Notes: generated from the letters alone by a model not told the origin. A stretch of DNA of 64,000 nucleotides from an uncultured Candidatus Saccharibacteria bacterium (GCA_964605735.1 CAZSDS010000001.1:6771-70770), one strand, 5' to 3'. Counted from the stretch's first letter, positions 28,818 through 38,707 are shown. Program-made: numbers and translations.

Positions 28818-30632
28818 TTATAGCTTTCGTCCCAAAATTTCAGTCACCAAAAGGTCCGCAAACTTATTCAGTTCCATAACGCCCAAATCTTTATGGTTTC
28901 TTGCGCGCACCGACACTTTTTTGGCTTCCATTTCTTTTTCGCCAATAATCAACATATAAGGGATTTTCTGCATTTCAGCTTCGCGAATTTTTTTGCCGAT
29001 CGACTCGTTTCGCCCGTCAATTTCAACGCGCACCCCCATGTCTTTGAGTTCGGCGTAAACCTGTTCAGCGTATTTAACTTGCTTGTCGGTTATTGGCAGG
29101 ATCTTGGTTTGAACCGGGGCCAGCCATGCCGGAAATGCACCGGCAAAATGTTCAATCAAAATTCCCATAAACCTTTCGAATGAACCAAGCAGAGCGCGGT
29201 GGATGACTATCGGAGTTTTGCGCGTGCCGTCTGCATCAACGTATTCAAGTTTAAACCGCTTTGGCATTTGAAAATCCAATTGAACAGTTGCCAATTGCCA
29301 CTTTCGTCCGAGCACGTCCTTGATTTGCATGTCAATTTTCGGGCCGTAGAACGCGCCATCTCCCGGATTTATTTCATATTTCCACTTGGCCTTTTTCAGC
29401 GCCTGCGCCAAAGATTTTTCCGCGGCCTCCCATTCCTCCTGTGTACCCAAAGCCTTTTCAGGCTTGGTGGAGAGGAAGACGTCTTCAACTTCCATTCCAA
29501 AGACTCTATAAATTGATTTTATTCGGTTGAGCAGATTTGCGACTTCGTCACTGACCTGATCCGGGGTTAAAAAGATGTGGCAGTCGTCCTGGGCAAACGC
29601 ACGGGTTCTGGTCATGCCGCCTAAAGCCCCGGAAAGTTCGTTGCGGTGCAAAGTGGACATTTCAGCAAAGCGCAGGGGCAGATCGCGGTATGAATACAAG
29701 CCCTGGGAAAACAGGATCATATGGCCAGGGCAGTTCATTGGCTTAAGCGCGAAGTCCCGGCCCTCCACTTTGAATTTAAACATGTCATCGGAATAGTGTT
29801 CCCAGTGGCCGGAAGTTTTCCAAAGTTCGGCATCAAACATCAAAGGCAGTTTCACTTCCTTGTATCCATCGCCGTAAGAAACCTCGCGGACAAATTTTTC
29901 AAGCTCATTTCTGACAATTGTTCCATGAGGCTGGTAAAAAGGAACGCCTGGCGAAAGTTCGTGAAAAAGGAATAACCCAAGTTTTGGTCCAATAACCCTG
30001 TGGTCGCGCTTGGCAATTTCTTCCTGCAATTTTACGTGCTCTTCCAATTCTTTAGCTGTTTCAAAAGCTAATCCATAAATGCGCTGCATCTGTGCGTTGG
30101 CCTGGTCGCCGCGCCAATAAGCGCCAGAAATCTTATCCAGCTTAAAGCTTTGCGGGTCAATCTCTGAAGTATTTTCAACGTGTCCGCCGCGGCAGAGGTC
30201 CGTAAATTTTCCGGTTTTGTAAAGAGTCACTGTTTCCACTTTGTCAGACTCTTTTTTCTGTTCATTGATTTTTGCATCGCTGTTCAGGATTTCATCAGCG
30301 ACAGTTGTGCCATATTTTTCAATGTCTTTGATCAGCTCAATTTTGAATGGCTGGTTGTGGTCTGTGAAATATGCTTTGGCTTCGTGCGTGGTCATTTCAT
30401 GCTTTTCAAAGGGCAGTTTTTGTTTGACCAATTCCCGCATGCGTTTTTCCAGTTTCTTTATATCTTCCGGAGTGAGTGGTCGAGGCAGAAGGAAGTCATA
30501 GAAAAATCCGTGTTCAATAACCGGCCCAACACCAAGCTGAGCCTTGGGAAACATTTCCAACACCGCGCTTGCCAGAATGTGGGCGAGCGAGTGTCGCAAG
30601 TTATGCAGTTTGTCTGTTTTGTTATTTTTCAT
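28818..30632 (-). CDS. thrS: Threonine--tRNA ligase (lacks N-terminal TGS domain)
   Basis: RHSLAH, DLCRGGH, KPMNCPGH, GAFYGPKID, IHRALLGSFERF. Confidence 0.97.
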   Translation of the reverse strand: MKNNKTDKLHNLRHSLAHILASAVLEMFPKAQLGVGPVIEHGFFYDFLLPRPLTPEDIKKLEKRMRELVKQKLPFEKHEMTTHEAKAYFTDHNQPFKIELIKDIEKYGTTVADEILNSDAKINEQKKESDKVETVTLYKTGKFTDLCRGGHVENTSEIDPQSFKLDKISGAYWRGDQANAQMQRIYGLAFETAKELEEHVKLQEEIAKRDHRVIGPKLGLFLFHELSPGVPFYQPHGTIVRNELEKFVREVSYGDGYKEVKLPLMFDAELWKTSGHWEHYSDDMFKFKVEGRDFALKPMNCPGHMILFSQGLYSYRDLPLRFAEMSTLHRNELSGALGGMTRTRAFAQDDCHIFLTPDQVSDEVANLLNRIKSIYRVFGMEVEDVFLSTKPEKALGTQEEWEAAEKSLAQALKKAKWKYEINPGDGAFYGPKIDMQIKDVLGRKWQLATVQLDFQMPKRFKLEYVDADGTRKTPIVIHRALLGSFERFMGILIEHFAGAFPAWLAPVQTKILPITDKQVKYAEQVYAELKDMGVRVEIDGRNESIGKKIREAEMQKIPYMLIIGEKEMEAKKVSVRARNHKDLGVMELNKFADLLVTEILGRKL

Positions 30633-30636
30633 AAGA

Positions 30637-30771
30637 ATATTGTGACGCAGCGTGTTTGTTCGGATGCGGGCTGACGGAGTTCGCTTTCAGGCGAACGAGT
30701 CTTGAGCAGAAAATTTAACGCGAGTTAAATTTTACTGCGTACCGCAGACGGACAAACCGCGCAGTCAATAT
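30637..30771. repeat. Multi-branched inverted-repeat element in thrS leader
   Basis: Long imperfect terminal IR (ATATTG...CAATAT) enclosing hairpins GTTCGC/GCGAAC and AAAATTTAAC/GTTAAATTTT. Confidence 0.6.
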
Positions 30772-30787
30772 CTATAAATTAAGGAAT

Positions 30788-30914
30788 AAAAAAAAGCACA
30801 TACGTGCTTGGGACTCTCGCGAGTGGTTCCACCCAATGCTTATCTTAATTCCATCCACTAACGCGGGAAGCAAGCGCTTGCCTCAATGGTTGGTGGCCAT
30901 ATCATCAGCAAGAT
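30788..30914 (-). promoter_or_regulatory. T-box riboswitch (Thr, ACC specifier, ultrashort stem I) with intrinsic terminator
   Basis: UUGGG-UGGAACC-ACUC-GCGA-GAGU-CCCAA antiterminator; CCGC-GUUA-GUGG IIA; AAGCAC/GUGCUU + U-run; promoter TTGACG-N17-TATAAT at 30949-30921. Confidence 0.82.
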
Positions 30915-30955
30915 GTTTTGATTATATACCCGTTTATTTGCGCCGTCAAAAACCC

Positions 30956-33900
30956 TTAACTTATTAAGGCTTTAATCTTACCTTTTAGTTCTTCGTTCAT
31001 GGAGATTTTGAAAGGGGTTTTGATTTTTTGCTCATTGATCACCAGGTTCACATCCAGATTGCCGGGGTATTGTTCAAACAGCTTTTTCAATTCCACAAAA
31101 ATATCTTGTGAGACATTGCCTGGGATTTTTATGGTCACGGTTGGTGTGCCATTTGAACCTGTGCGCGCCGGTTTGGCAGGCTGGGGGATCATGGCCATAT
31201 TAAACTCTTCCACTTTCTCCGCGAGGAATTTAGGCACCCCATCCTTGTCAGAAACCTTTCCGGTGATCAACAGGATCCGATCTGATTCAATCAGCTGGCC
31301 GAATTGTTGCAGTACTTTAGGGAAGATCAGTACTTCAATTACGCCGGTTTTGTCTTCCACATCCACAAACCACATGGGGTCTCCCTTTTTGGTCATGATT
31401 TTCTGGATGCGGGTGACTACGCCGCCAATTGTCAGTTCATTCTGTGTTTTTGATTGGGAAGCTAACTTGATAGGCCGCGCGACTTTATTGATGTGCTCCT
31501 GCACATCATCCATTGGGTGAGCTGTGACGAACAAGCCCAGCAATTCTTTTTCCCAGTTGACTTTGTCGCGTTTAGTGGCCGGCTCGACCTCGTGAAGTTT
31601 AAGCTTTGCCTGCGGCAATTGCGCTTCGCCAAACAAACTGTGCTGTTTTTCTTCGGACAATTTGAATTGGTTGCGGGCAAATTCCAAAATAATTTCAGAA
31701 TTGCCCAATAAAGCACCGCGTTCCCCAAGGCTGTCCATTGCCCCTGATTTAACTAAAGACTCCCATGACTTTTTGTTGAAATTTCTCGTTTTGATTCTTG
31801 TCAGGAAGTCTTCCATATTTTTGAATTTTCCACCTTCCTTACGAATTGCAATAATCCGATCAATTACATCAGATCCCAAATTTTTGATCGCGTTCAATCC
31901 AAAGCGAATGTGTTTTTCGTCGATAACGGTAAAACCGGACCGGCTTTCATTTACGTCCGGCGGCAAAATTTCAATGCCCAAAACGCGACACTCTTCAATG
32001 GCCTCTACCACGGTATCCATGTTTCCTGATTCAGCAGTCAAAACCGCGGCCATAAACTCCACTGTGTAATTGGCTTTCATGTAAGCAGTCTGGTAACTGA
32101 CCACACAGTAGGAAGCAGAGTGTCCTTTGTTGAATCCGTAAGCAGCAAATGGCTCAATCCAGCTCCAAATGTTTGTCGCTTTTTCCTCAGACCAGCCTGA
32201 GGTGTCCATACAGCCTTTAATAAACTTAGCCTTTTGCTTAGCCATTTCTTCCGGAATCTTTTTACCCACGGCTTTTCTGAATTTATCAACCTCTTCCCAG
32301 GAATATCCGGCTAAATCATGTGCGATTGTCAGCAAGTCGTCCTGGTAAACCAAAATTCCATAAGTTCGTTCCAGAATTTTTTCAAAGGCCGGGTCAAAGT
32401 ATTTGATCAGGCTTGGTTTGTGTTTGCGGGAAATATATTCAGGGATGAATTGCATCGGACCGGGGCGGTATAAAGCAATCATGGCCATGATGTCAAAAAT
32501 AGTGGAAGGCTTAAGTTCCATCAGGTAGCGCGTCATGCCTGAAGAGCCCAACTGGAACACGCCAAAAGTATGGCCTTCTGACAGGAGTTTGAAAGTCTTT
32601 GGGTCAGGGTGGGGAAGATTGTAAATATCGATCTTCACGTTGTGGCGGGCTTCCGCAATCCGCACGGCCGCTTCCAGTATTGATAAGTTTCGAATACCCA
32701 AAAGATCCATCTTGATCACACCAATAGCATTGTTGTTGGCGTTGACATCCAAAGCATACATGTCGTATTGCGTGATGACGCGGTTGCCGTCAGGTTCAAG
32801 CTGCAGCGGCATGTAGTCGGTCAGCTCAGTCGGGGTGATGATGATGCCGGCCGCGTGAATGGAAGCGTGGCGCGCGCCGCCCTCAAGCTTCTTGGCGATG
32901 TCAATAATTTTCCTGGTTTCAGGGTCTTTTTCATAAACCTCTTTCAGTTCGTTGTTCAGGTTCATGGCTTTGTCCAGGGTCATATGGAAACCCTGTTTGC
33001 CCATAGGGATCATTTTGGCGATTTGATCGCATTTGGCGTAGGCAACTCCAAGCGCCCGTCCCACGTCCCGGACAGCGGCGCGCGCCTGCATGGTTCCAAA
33101 CGTAATGATCTGCGCCACTTTCTCTTTTCCGTATTTGTTCGTAATATATTCAATTGCCTCATCACGGCGGTTATCAGCAATATCCAAGTCAATATCAGGC
33201 GGAGTAGGGCGGTGTGCCGTCAAGAATCGTTCAAAAGGAATCGCAAACTCCAGAGGATCGACGTTTGTAATACCCAGAACATAACCAACAATACTGCCGG
33301 CCGCGCTCCCTCTGGTGTTGGTGATGGCGCCCAAGGCATGTGCGCCTTCAACAATGTCAGCCACCATCAAAAAATAAGTGTCGAAGCCTTTCATTTCAAT
33401 GATGCCCAGCTCATAGTCAATGCGCTGTCTGACATTTTCCGGTATTTCACCGGTCTGGCCATATTTAAGCAACGCCCGTTCATAAGTGAGCTCCCGCAAA
33501 TACTGCGCCGGTGTTTTTCCTTCAGGCACTTCCACTTTAGGGAAATAGCGCTGGTTCGTTAAAATCTCCAAATTACAGCGTTCAGCGATTTTCGCGCTTT
33601 CCGCAACAGCATCTGGATAATCCGCAAAGCGTTCATACATTTCATCAGCAGACTTAAGCGACAAATCATAGGCACGCATATCAAGCCGGTCAGAATCAGA
33701 AGTGGTTTTGCCTGTGCCGATGCAAACCAGAACATCCTGAGCTTCACTGTCTTCCGGACGCAAGTAATGGCAGTCAGCGGTGGCGACTAGCTTCAAACCG
33801 TTTTTTCGCGCAACTTCCACCAGCCTGGTGATCAGTTTTTCTTCGTGATCATCGCGTACCCGCGCGTTCCGTTGTATCTCAATATACAAATTTTCCCTGC

Positions 33901-34399
33901 CGAAAATATCTATGTACTTATCAACCACTTTCTGCGCTTCCTCTTCTGATTTGGTCATCACTGCGCGCGCGATCTCTCCGCGCATGCATCCGGACAAGCA
34001 AATAATTCCTTCCGCATGTTCCTTCAGTGCCTGCAAATCGATCCTTGGCTTGTAGTAGTAGCCCACAGTATGCGCCAGAGTCGTCAGTTTCATCAAATTT
34101 TTGTAGCCGGCATCGTTGCTGGCCAGCAACGTCAGATGGAAATAGTTGGCATCCTGTTTGCCTTCTTTGTCTTCCATGCGGCGTGGGGAAATATATGCCT
34201 CAACTCCGATGATCGGCTTAACCTCGTTTTCCCGGCAAAGATTGTAAAATTCAATCGTCCCATACATTACTCCGTGGTCGGTGATGGCCAAACTGGACAT
34301 ACCCAGCTCCTTGGCGCGCTCAACAAGTTCCTCAGTCTTGGACAGGCCATCCAGCAGGGAGAAATGGGAATGTAGATGTAGGTGGGTAAATGGCTTCAT
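30956..34399 (-). CDS. dnaE: DNA polymerase III subunit alpha
   Basis: PHP HLHLHSHFSLLDG, RGSAAGS, PDIDLD, YGFNKGHS, OB fold; ATG 34399. Confidence 0.97.
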   Translation of the reverse strand: MKPFTHLHLHSHFSLLDGLSKTEELVERAKELGMSSLAITDHGVMYGTIEFYNLCRENEVKPIIGVEAYISPRRMEDKEGKQDANYFHLTLLASNDAGYKNLMKLTTLAHTVGYYYKPRIDLQALKEHAEGIICLSGCMRGEIARAVMTKSEEEAQKVVDKYIDIFGRENLYIEIQRNARVRDDHEEKLITRLVEVARKNGLKLVATADCHYLRPEDSEAQDVLVCIGTGKTTSDSDRLDMRAYDLSLKSADEMYERFADYPDAVAESAKIAERCNLEILTNQRYFPKVEVPEGKTPAQYLRELTYERALLKYGQTGEIPENVRQRIDYELGIIEMKGFDTYFLMVADIVEGAHALGAITNTRGSAAGSIVGYVLGITNVDPLEFAIPFERFLTAHRPTPPDIDLDIADNRRDEAIEYITNKYGKEKVAQIITFGTMQARAAVRDVGRALGVAYAKCDQIAKMIPMGKQGFHMTLDKAMNLNNELKEVYEKDPETRKIIDIAKKLEGGARHASIHAAGIIITPTELTDYMPLQLEPDGNRVITQYDMYALDVNANNNAIGVIKMDLLGIRNLSILEAAVRIAEARHNVKIDIYNLPHPDPKTFKLLSEGHTFGVFQLGSSGMTRYLMELKPSTIFDIMAMIALYRPGPMQFIPEYISRKHKPSLIKYFDPAFEKILERTYGILVYQDDLLTIAHDLAGYSWEEVDKFRKAVGKKIPEEMAKQKAKFIKGCMDTSGWSEEKATNIWSWIEPFAAYGFNKGHSASYCVVSYQTAYMKANYTVEFMAAVLTAESGNMDTVVEAIEECRVLGIEILPPDVNESRSGFTVIDEKHIRFGLNAIKNLGSDVIDRIIAIRKEGGKFKNMEDFLTRIKTRNFNKKSWESLVKSGAMDSLGERGALLGNSEIILEFARNQFKLSEEKQHSLFGEAQLPQAKLKLHEVEPATKRDKVNWEKELLGLFVTAHPMDDVQEHINKVARPIKLASQSKTQNELTIGGVVTRIQKIMTKKGDPMWFVDVEDKTGVIEVLIFPKVLQQFGQLIESDRILLITGKVSDKDGVPKFLAEKVEEFNMAMIPQPAKPARTGSNGTPTVTIKIPGNVSQDIFVELKKLFEQYPGNLDVNLVINEQKIKTPFKISMNEELKGKIKALIS

Positions 34400-34533
34400 G
34401 TGGATTACATTATCGCAAAAAATTCCTGAACAATCCAATTTGCCGGCAAACCCCCGAAATTTCAGGCGAACAGGCAAAAGATGGTATAATAAATGGGCAA
34501 ATTAAAACTGTTTTTGGCCGGACAAACACAAAA

Positions 34534-35358
34534 ATGAATTTTGAAGAGAACGATAGGGCAGAAGAATGGTTTCTGATCATAGGGGATTGGTTCAGATCAA
34601 CCCACAGGCGCTGGTTTTATGCGCTTTTGCTGGTCATTGCCATGGCTATACCTCTGCAGATTTTCCTGAAATACAGTTTCCGCCAGGTTTTTGTTTCGAG
34701 CATCTCGGAATTGAGGGTAAACTATGAGCCGGTCACCAAACTGCCTTTGGAGGTTGTTGAAACGAAAGTATTTGATCTGGGCAACGGGACCTACTCCGGC
34801 TATGCTCGGGTGAAAAACAACAACAGTGATTGGGGAGTGCCTGAGCAGAAATACATTTTTGCGTTTCTGGCCGGATCAGGAGAACAAGTTATGGCCTCAA
34901 GCGGTGCAACTTTTATTCTTCCGTTTTCGGAAAAAATCATTGCCTTCCCTCGATTCCAGTCTGACAAAGCGCCGAACAGGATCAACTTTACTCTTCAGCA
35001 ATCAGAGTTTATCCGCCCTCCGCAGTTGCCCGTTGTGAATTTTGAAATCCAGCGCAGATCTCTAAGCTCAGAAGTCAACCAGACGATAGTCTCTGCGGTG
35101 ATAGTCAACCGTTCTCCGTTTAGGATTACCCGGGTGGACTTGCCAGTCCTTTTGTTTGATAATCAGAACCGGATCATAGGAGTAAATTACACGAACATAA
35201 ATGACCTGACCTCCAACGAATCCCGCTCCTTCCAATACACGTGGTTTAACCGCATTAACAATGTCTCACGCATTGAAATCATTCCGGAATTGAATCCTTA
35301 CAACCGGGATATTTTCGGCGCTGTGCCGGGACAAAACCCTTTCGACGACCTTGAATAA
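34534..35358 (+). CDS. Membrane-anchored protein with two Ig-like (FxLYD-like) domains
   Basis: Single TM helix then repeated beta-rich domains (VKNNNS / IVNRSP...LLFD). Confidence 0.65.
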   Translation: MNFEENDRAEEWFLIIGDWFRSTHRRWFYALLLVIAMAIPLQIFLKYSFRQVFVSSISELRVNYEPVTKLPLEVVETKVFDLGNGTYSGYARVKNNNSDWGVPEQKYIFAFLAGSGEQVMASSGATFILPFSEKIIAFPRFQSDKAPNRINFTLQQSEFIRPPQLPVVNFEIQRRSLSSEVNQTIVSAVIVNRSPFRITRVDLPVLLFDNQNRIIGVNYTNINDLTSNESRSFQYTWFNRINNVSRIEIIPELNPYNRDIFGAVPGQNPFDDLE

Positions 35359-36466
35359 TTTCCGCCTGTGGACCAGGAACTTACATTACTTTGATGTGTT
35401 TCTATTCGGCAGCAGCATATTGCTGCTGTTTTTGGGCTTGCTTATGGTTTATTCCACGACCAATGCGGATAGCGGCTCAAGCCAGCTGCTCAGGCAGGCT
35501 TTGTTTGCCGGGATCGGGTTGGTGGGCATGTTCGCCCTAACCTTTTATGATTACCGGAATTTGAAAAAATTGACGCCTTGGATTTACATTGGTGTGATTG
35601 TGGCCTTACTGGTAGTATTTTTTTTCGGCCCGGCCGTAAGGGGTTCGGCCCGTTGGATTGATCTTGGATTCTTCCGTCTTCAACCGGCTGAATTTACCAA
35701 GCTGGCTATGATTATTATTATGGCCAAATACCTGGACCAGACCGGCGAGAAACTGAAAAATTTCCGATACGTTCTGCTTTCCGCAGTTTATTTAGCCATT
35801 CCAATGTTTTTGATTTTGATCGAACCGGATTTAGGGTCGTCTCTGGTTGTATTGTCTGTCTGGTTTGGCTTGCTGTTGTTTTCGAAAATAAACAAGAAGC
35901 ATGTTTTGGTGCTGGTCGTCAGTTTTTTGGTTCTGGCTGTGTTGGCATGGTTTTTTGTCCTGCATGACTACCAGCATGAACGCGTCTATACCTTTTTGGA
36001 TCCGGACCGCGACCCTCAGGGGCAGGGTTATAACGTTCTGCAGTCAATCATTGCGGTCGGTTCCGGCCAGTTGTTGGGAAGGGGAGTTGGGCGAGGTTTC
36101 CAATCCCAATTGGATTTTTTGCCGGAGCGTCAGACTGACTTTATTTTCGCCTCCACCGCCGAAGAATTGGGCATGGTTGGCAGTGTGGTGCTTCTCGGCT
36201 TGTATTTTGTGGTTTTTATGCGCTTGATAAAAACCTGCCGAAGCGCTCGCGATAACTTTGGAATGTATTTAAGCCTTGGCGTATTTATCATGCTTCTTAC
36301 GCAAGTGGTGATAAACATCGGGATGAACATAGGAATCATGCCGGTTACCGGAATTCCTTTGCCGTTATTGAGTCTGGGGGGCAGTTCCATGATAACCACA
36401 CTTTTAAGCCTTGGCATTGTGCAGAGCGTGGTAGCCAGACAAAAAGCTGTGCGGTTCGGAGTATAA
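35351..36466 (+). CDS. rodA: Rod shape-determining protein RodA (SEDS)
   Basis: RWIDLG, QPAEF.K, EPDLGS, GYNVLQSIIAVGSG, PERQTDFIF. Confidence 0.93.
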   Translation: MNNFRLWTRNLHYFDVFLFGSSILLLFLGLLMVYSTTNADSGSSQLLRQALFAGIGLVGMFALTFYDYRNLKKLTPWIYIGVIVALLVVFFFGPAVRGSARWIDLGFFRLQPAEFTKLAMIIIMAKYLDQTGEKLKNFRYVLLSAVYLAIPMFLILIEPDLGSSLVVLSVWFGLLLFSKINKKHVLVLVVSFLVLAVLAWFFVLHDYQHERVYTFLDPDRDPQGQGYNVLQSIIAVGSGQLLGRGVGRGFQSQLDFLPERQTDFIFASTAEELGMVGSVVLLGLYFVVFMRLIKTCRSARDNFGMYLSLGVFIMLLTQVVINIGMNIGIMPVTGIPLPLLSLGGSSMITTLLSLGIVQSVVARQKAVRFGV

Positions 36467-36563
36467 TTTTAACCAAAGCAAACTTGCCTTGACGCTTCAT
36501 TACCCCAGACCTATGATTAAGACAGATGGCAGTAATGATGGAATTCATTAACAATAAATCACA

Positions 36564-36920
36564 ATGAACAAATTCGATTTTAAGAAAATAATTGAATGGT
36601 TGTCTCAAATGCTCAGGTGCCCGGTCTGCGGATACCGATACAGCCTCGAACAAACCAAAATTATCGACTCTAAAGACGAAAAAAGCGGGCCTAACGCCGC
36701 GCTGCTGATTCATACTGATTGTGAACGATGCAAAAGCTCGGTGGTTTTCAGCATCGCAGTTGACGGTCCGGAGATTTTCTCAGTCGGCATGGTTACGGAT
36801 CTGACTTCCCAGGACACCACCAAATTCAAAAATACTGAACCTATCGGCTCTGATGAGGTCCTTGCCACCCATCAGTTTTTGCAGGACTTCAATGGTGACT
36901 TTCGCGAGGCCTTGAAATAA
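36564..36920 (+). CDS. Zn-ribbon hypothetical protein (CPR-type)
   Basis: CPVC...CERC, TDLT..D, I..DEVL..H.FL..F.GDF. Confidence 0.7.
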   Translation: MNKFDFKKIIEWLSQMLRCPVCGYRYSLEQTKIIDSKDEKSGPNAALLIHTDCERCKSSVVFSIAVDGPEIFSVGMVTDLTSQDTTKFKNTEPIGSDEVLATHQFLQDFNGDFREALK

Positions 36921-36978
36921 TATCGCTGATAGTGTATAGTGTCTAATCTGGCACATGCCGGTTACGGACGGAGGACTC

Positions 36979-37134
36979 ATGCTGAAAGCAATTCGTGAAT
37001 TCGACCTTCGGGAGTTTGTCGCTTCAATTCCCAACAGGATCATGGGTATGGTCGGCAGTGTTGTCAGCTGGCCATTCCAGAGAGTAATCAATCTGGCTGA
37101 AAGGCGCGGTCACGGGATGAATATCCCGATGTAG
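36979..37134 (+). CDS. 51-aa orphan microprotein
   Basis: GGAGG SD, TTGAAA-N17-TATAGT promoter (36912-36940), GC hairpin terminator about 37156-37188. Confidence 0.55.
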   Translation: MLKAIREFDLREFVASIPNRIMGMVGSVVSWPFQRVINLAERRGHGMNIPM

Positions 37135-37266
37135 GCTTCAGCTTCGTGAAGTTCCGGCGGTCCGCTCTGCGGCCCGCCTTTTTCTTTTTGTGCGAGGGGA
37201 GATAAGCGGGAGTTGACGACCAGGCGGAAAAATGTTAAACTTTGGAAGCATTATTTAGACTAATTT

Positions 37267-37944
37267 ATGGCAGAAATCACGATAAACGCCACAAAACGCA
37301 CAGTTTCCGGCAAACCGGTTAACAAGCTCCGCAAGGTAGGAAAGCTTCCAGCTGTTGTTTATGGCCACAATGTTCAATCTGAAAACATCGAAGTCAGCGA
37401 AAATGAATTCCTGAAGGCTTTCAAAAAAGCCGGCGAATCCACAATCGTAAACCTTTCCGTGGAAGGCAAGAATATCCCAGTTTTGATCCAGGATGTTCAC
37501 AATCACTATTTGAAAGACACTCCAATCCACGTGGACTTTTATGCGGTAAACATGAGTGAAAAGCTGACTGCTACAGTACCTTTGCACTTTATTGGCGAAT
37601 CTCAGGCTGTTAAGGCTCTGGGTGGTACCCTGGCGAGAAACCTTTCTGAGGTTGAAGTGGAATGTTTGCCAATGGATTTGCCTCAGAGTTTGGAAGTTGA
37701 TATTTCAGCTTTGAACACTTTTGACGACGCAATCCGCATTTCCGACCTTAAGGTTTCAGATAAAGTTGAAATCTTGGGTAATCCGGAAGAAGTTATCGCT
37801 GTTGTGACCCCGCCTCGTTCTGAAGAAGAAATGAAGGAACTGGATCAGGCACCTGTCGCGGCTGACGTTACAGCAGTTGAAGGCGTGGTCAAGCCTGAAG
37901 CCCCTGCAGAAGGCGAAGCTCCAGCCGAAGAAAAGAAAGAGTAA
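37267..37944 (+). CDS. rplY: 50S ribosomal protein L25/Ctc
   Basis: LR..GKLPAVVYG, HVDFY, TL5 C-domain, acidic tail. Confidence 0.95.
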   Translation: MAEITINATKRTVSGKPVNKLRKVGKLPAVVYGHNVQSENIEVSENEFLKAFKKAGESTIVNLSVEGKNIPVLIQDVHNHYLKDTPIHVDFYAVNMSEKLTATVPLHFIGESQAVKALGGTLARNLSEVEVECLPMDLPQSLEVDISALNTFDDAIRISDLKVSDKVEILGNPEEVIAVVTPPRSEEEMKELDQAPVAADVTAVEGVVKPEAPAEGEAPAEEKKE

Positions 37945-37960
37945 GAAACGAACTTAAAAA

Positions 37961-37993
37961 ACACTGGCAACCGCCAGTGTTTTTTGTTATAGT
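37961..37993 (+). terminator. rplY terminator fused to extended -10 (variant of the 53.8-58 kb repeat)
   Basis: ACACTGGC-AACC-GCCAGTGT-TTTTTGTTATAGT. Confidence 0.65.
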
Positions 37994-38011
37994 TGTTTTA
38001 GGGAGGGAGCA

Positions 38012-38707
38012 ATGGTTTTTGGCCAGAGGCAGGTGGTCGTCGGCCATTTTTTTGAGCAGGTTGCTCACACAGTTTTTGGCGGTGAGTTGTGCCGCAACGA
38101 CGACGGCGATATTTGCATCTGGAAGACTGGAACGACTATCGAGGTTAAATCCTCTTATCTGCAGTCCTCTTATGGGATCCGGTGTGATTTGGATCAGATG
38201 GAGAAGTACAAGAGGCGATTGCCGTTCCCGTTTTCCCACGCACACTACGTGTTCTTCGGGTATGACAACCCGCGGGACAAGAGCACCAAGTCAAACACCA
38301 TGGCAGTCCATAAGACCGAAAGCGCCATCAGCAGGTATTTGGCAAAGTCGGTGAGATGGTGCCTGGTTTTTGATTATTCGATTGTTCTCAGGTGGAAGGA
38401 GGTCATAGAAACGTCTGATCGCAGCATCCTTGGCCACAAAGGCACGCTGTCAGTGGATCTGAAGTGGCAGGAGCTGTTGGTGTACGCCAATGGCGGGCTC
38501 GGGCACAAATTGCGCCTTTTGGGCCTTGATCCTGAAGATTACACAGTGTTGTCTGGTCAGACGCAAATAAGGAAGGAATTTGACCTTTTTGGCAGGAAAC
38601 CGGTGAGCTTTGAAATAAAAATGGTTCTGCCCAAAAAGGTCGCCTCTAAATTCCAAAAGCGGATGAAACGGCGAGGAGTCGCCCTGTCCGCGTCCCGGCC
38701 TGCGTGA
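38012..38707 (+). CDS. Orphan PD-(D/E)xK nuclease-like protein
   Basis: GHFFE...GDI...IEVKSS...Q motif arrangement; strong SD. Confidence 0.55.
   Translation: MVFGQRQVVVGHFFEQVAHTVFGGELCRNDDGDICIWKTGTTIEVKSSYLQSSYGIRCDLDQMEKYKRRLPFPFSHAHYVFFGYDNPRDKSTKSNTMAVHKTESAISRYLAKSVRWCLVFDYSIVLRWKEVIETSDRSILGHKGTLSVDLKWQELLVYANGGLGHKLRLLGLDPEDYTVLSGQTQIRKEFDLFGRKPVSFEIKMVLPKKVASKFQKRMKRRGVALSASRPA

Noticed and set aside
32768-33562. Long antisense ORFs (also opposite clpC, malic enzyme, anti-sigma)
   Set aside because: Shadow frames of well-supported genes with no recognisable motifs.
30956-34477. Intein in dnaE, or the 26-aa N-terminal extension in the ORF track
   Set aside because: Length and motifs are those of an uninterrupted DnaE; the conserved start is MKPFTHLH at 34399.
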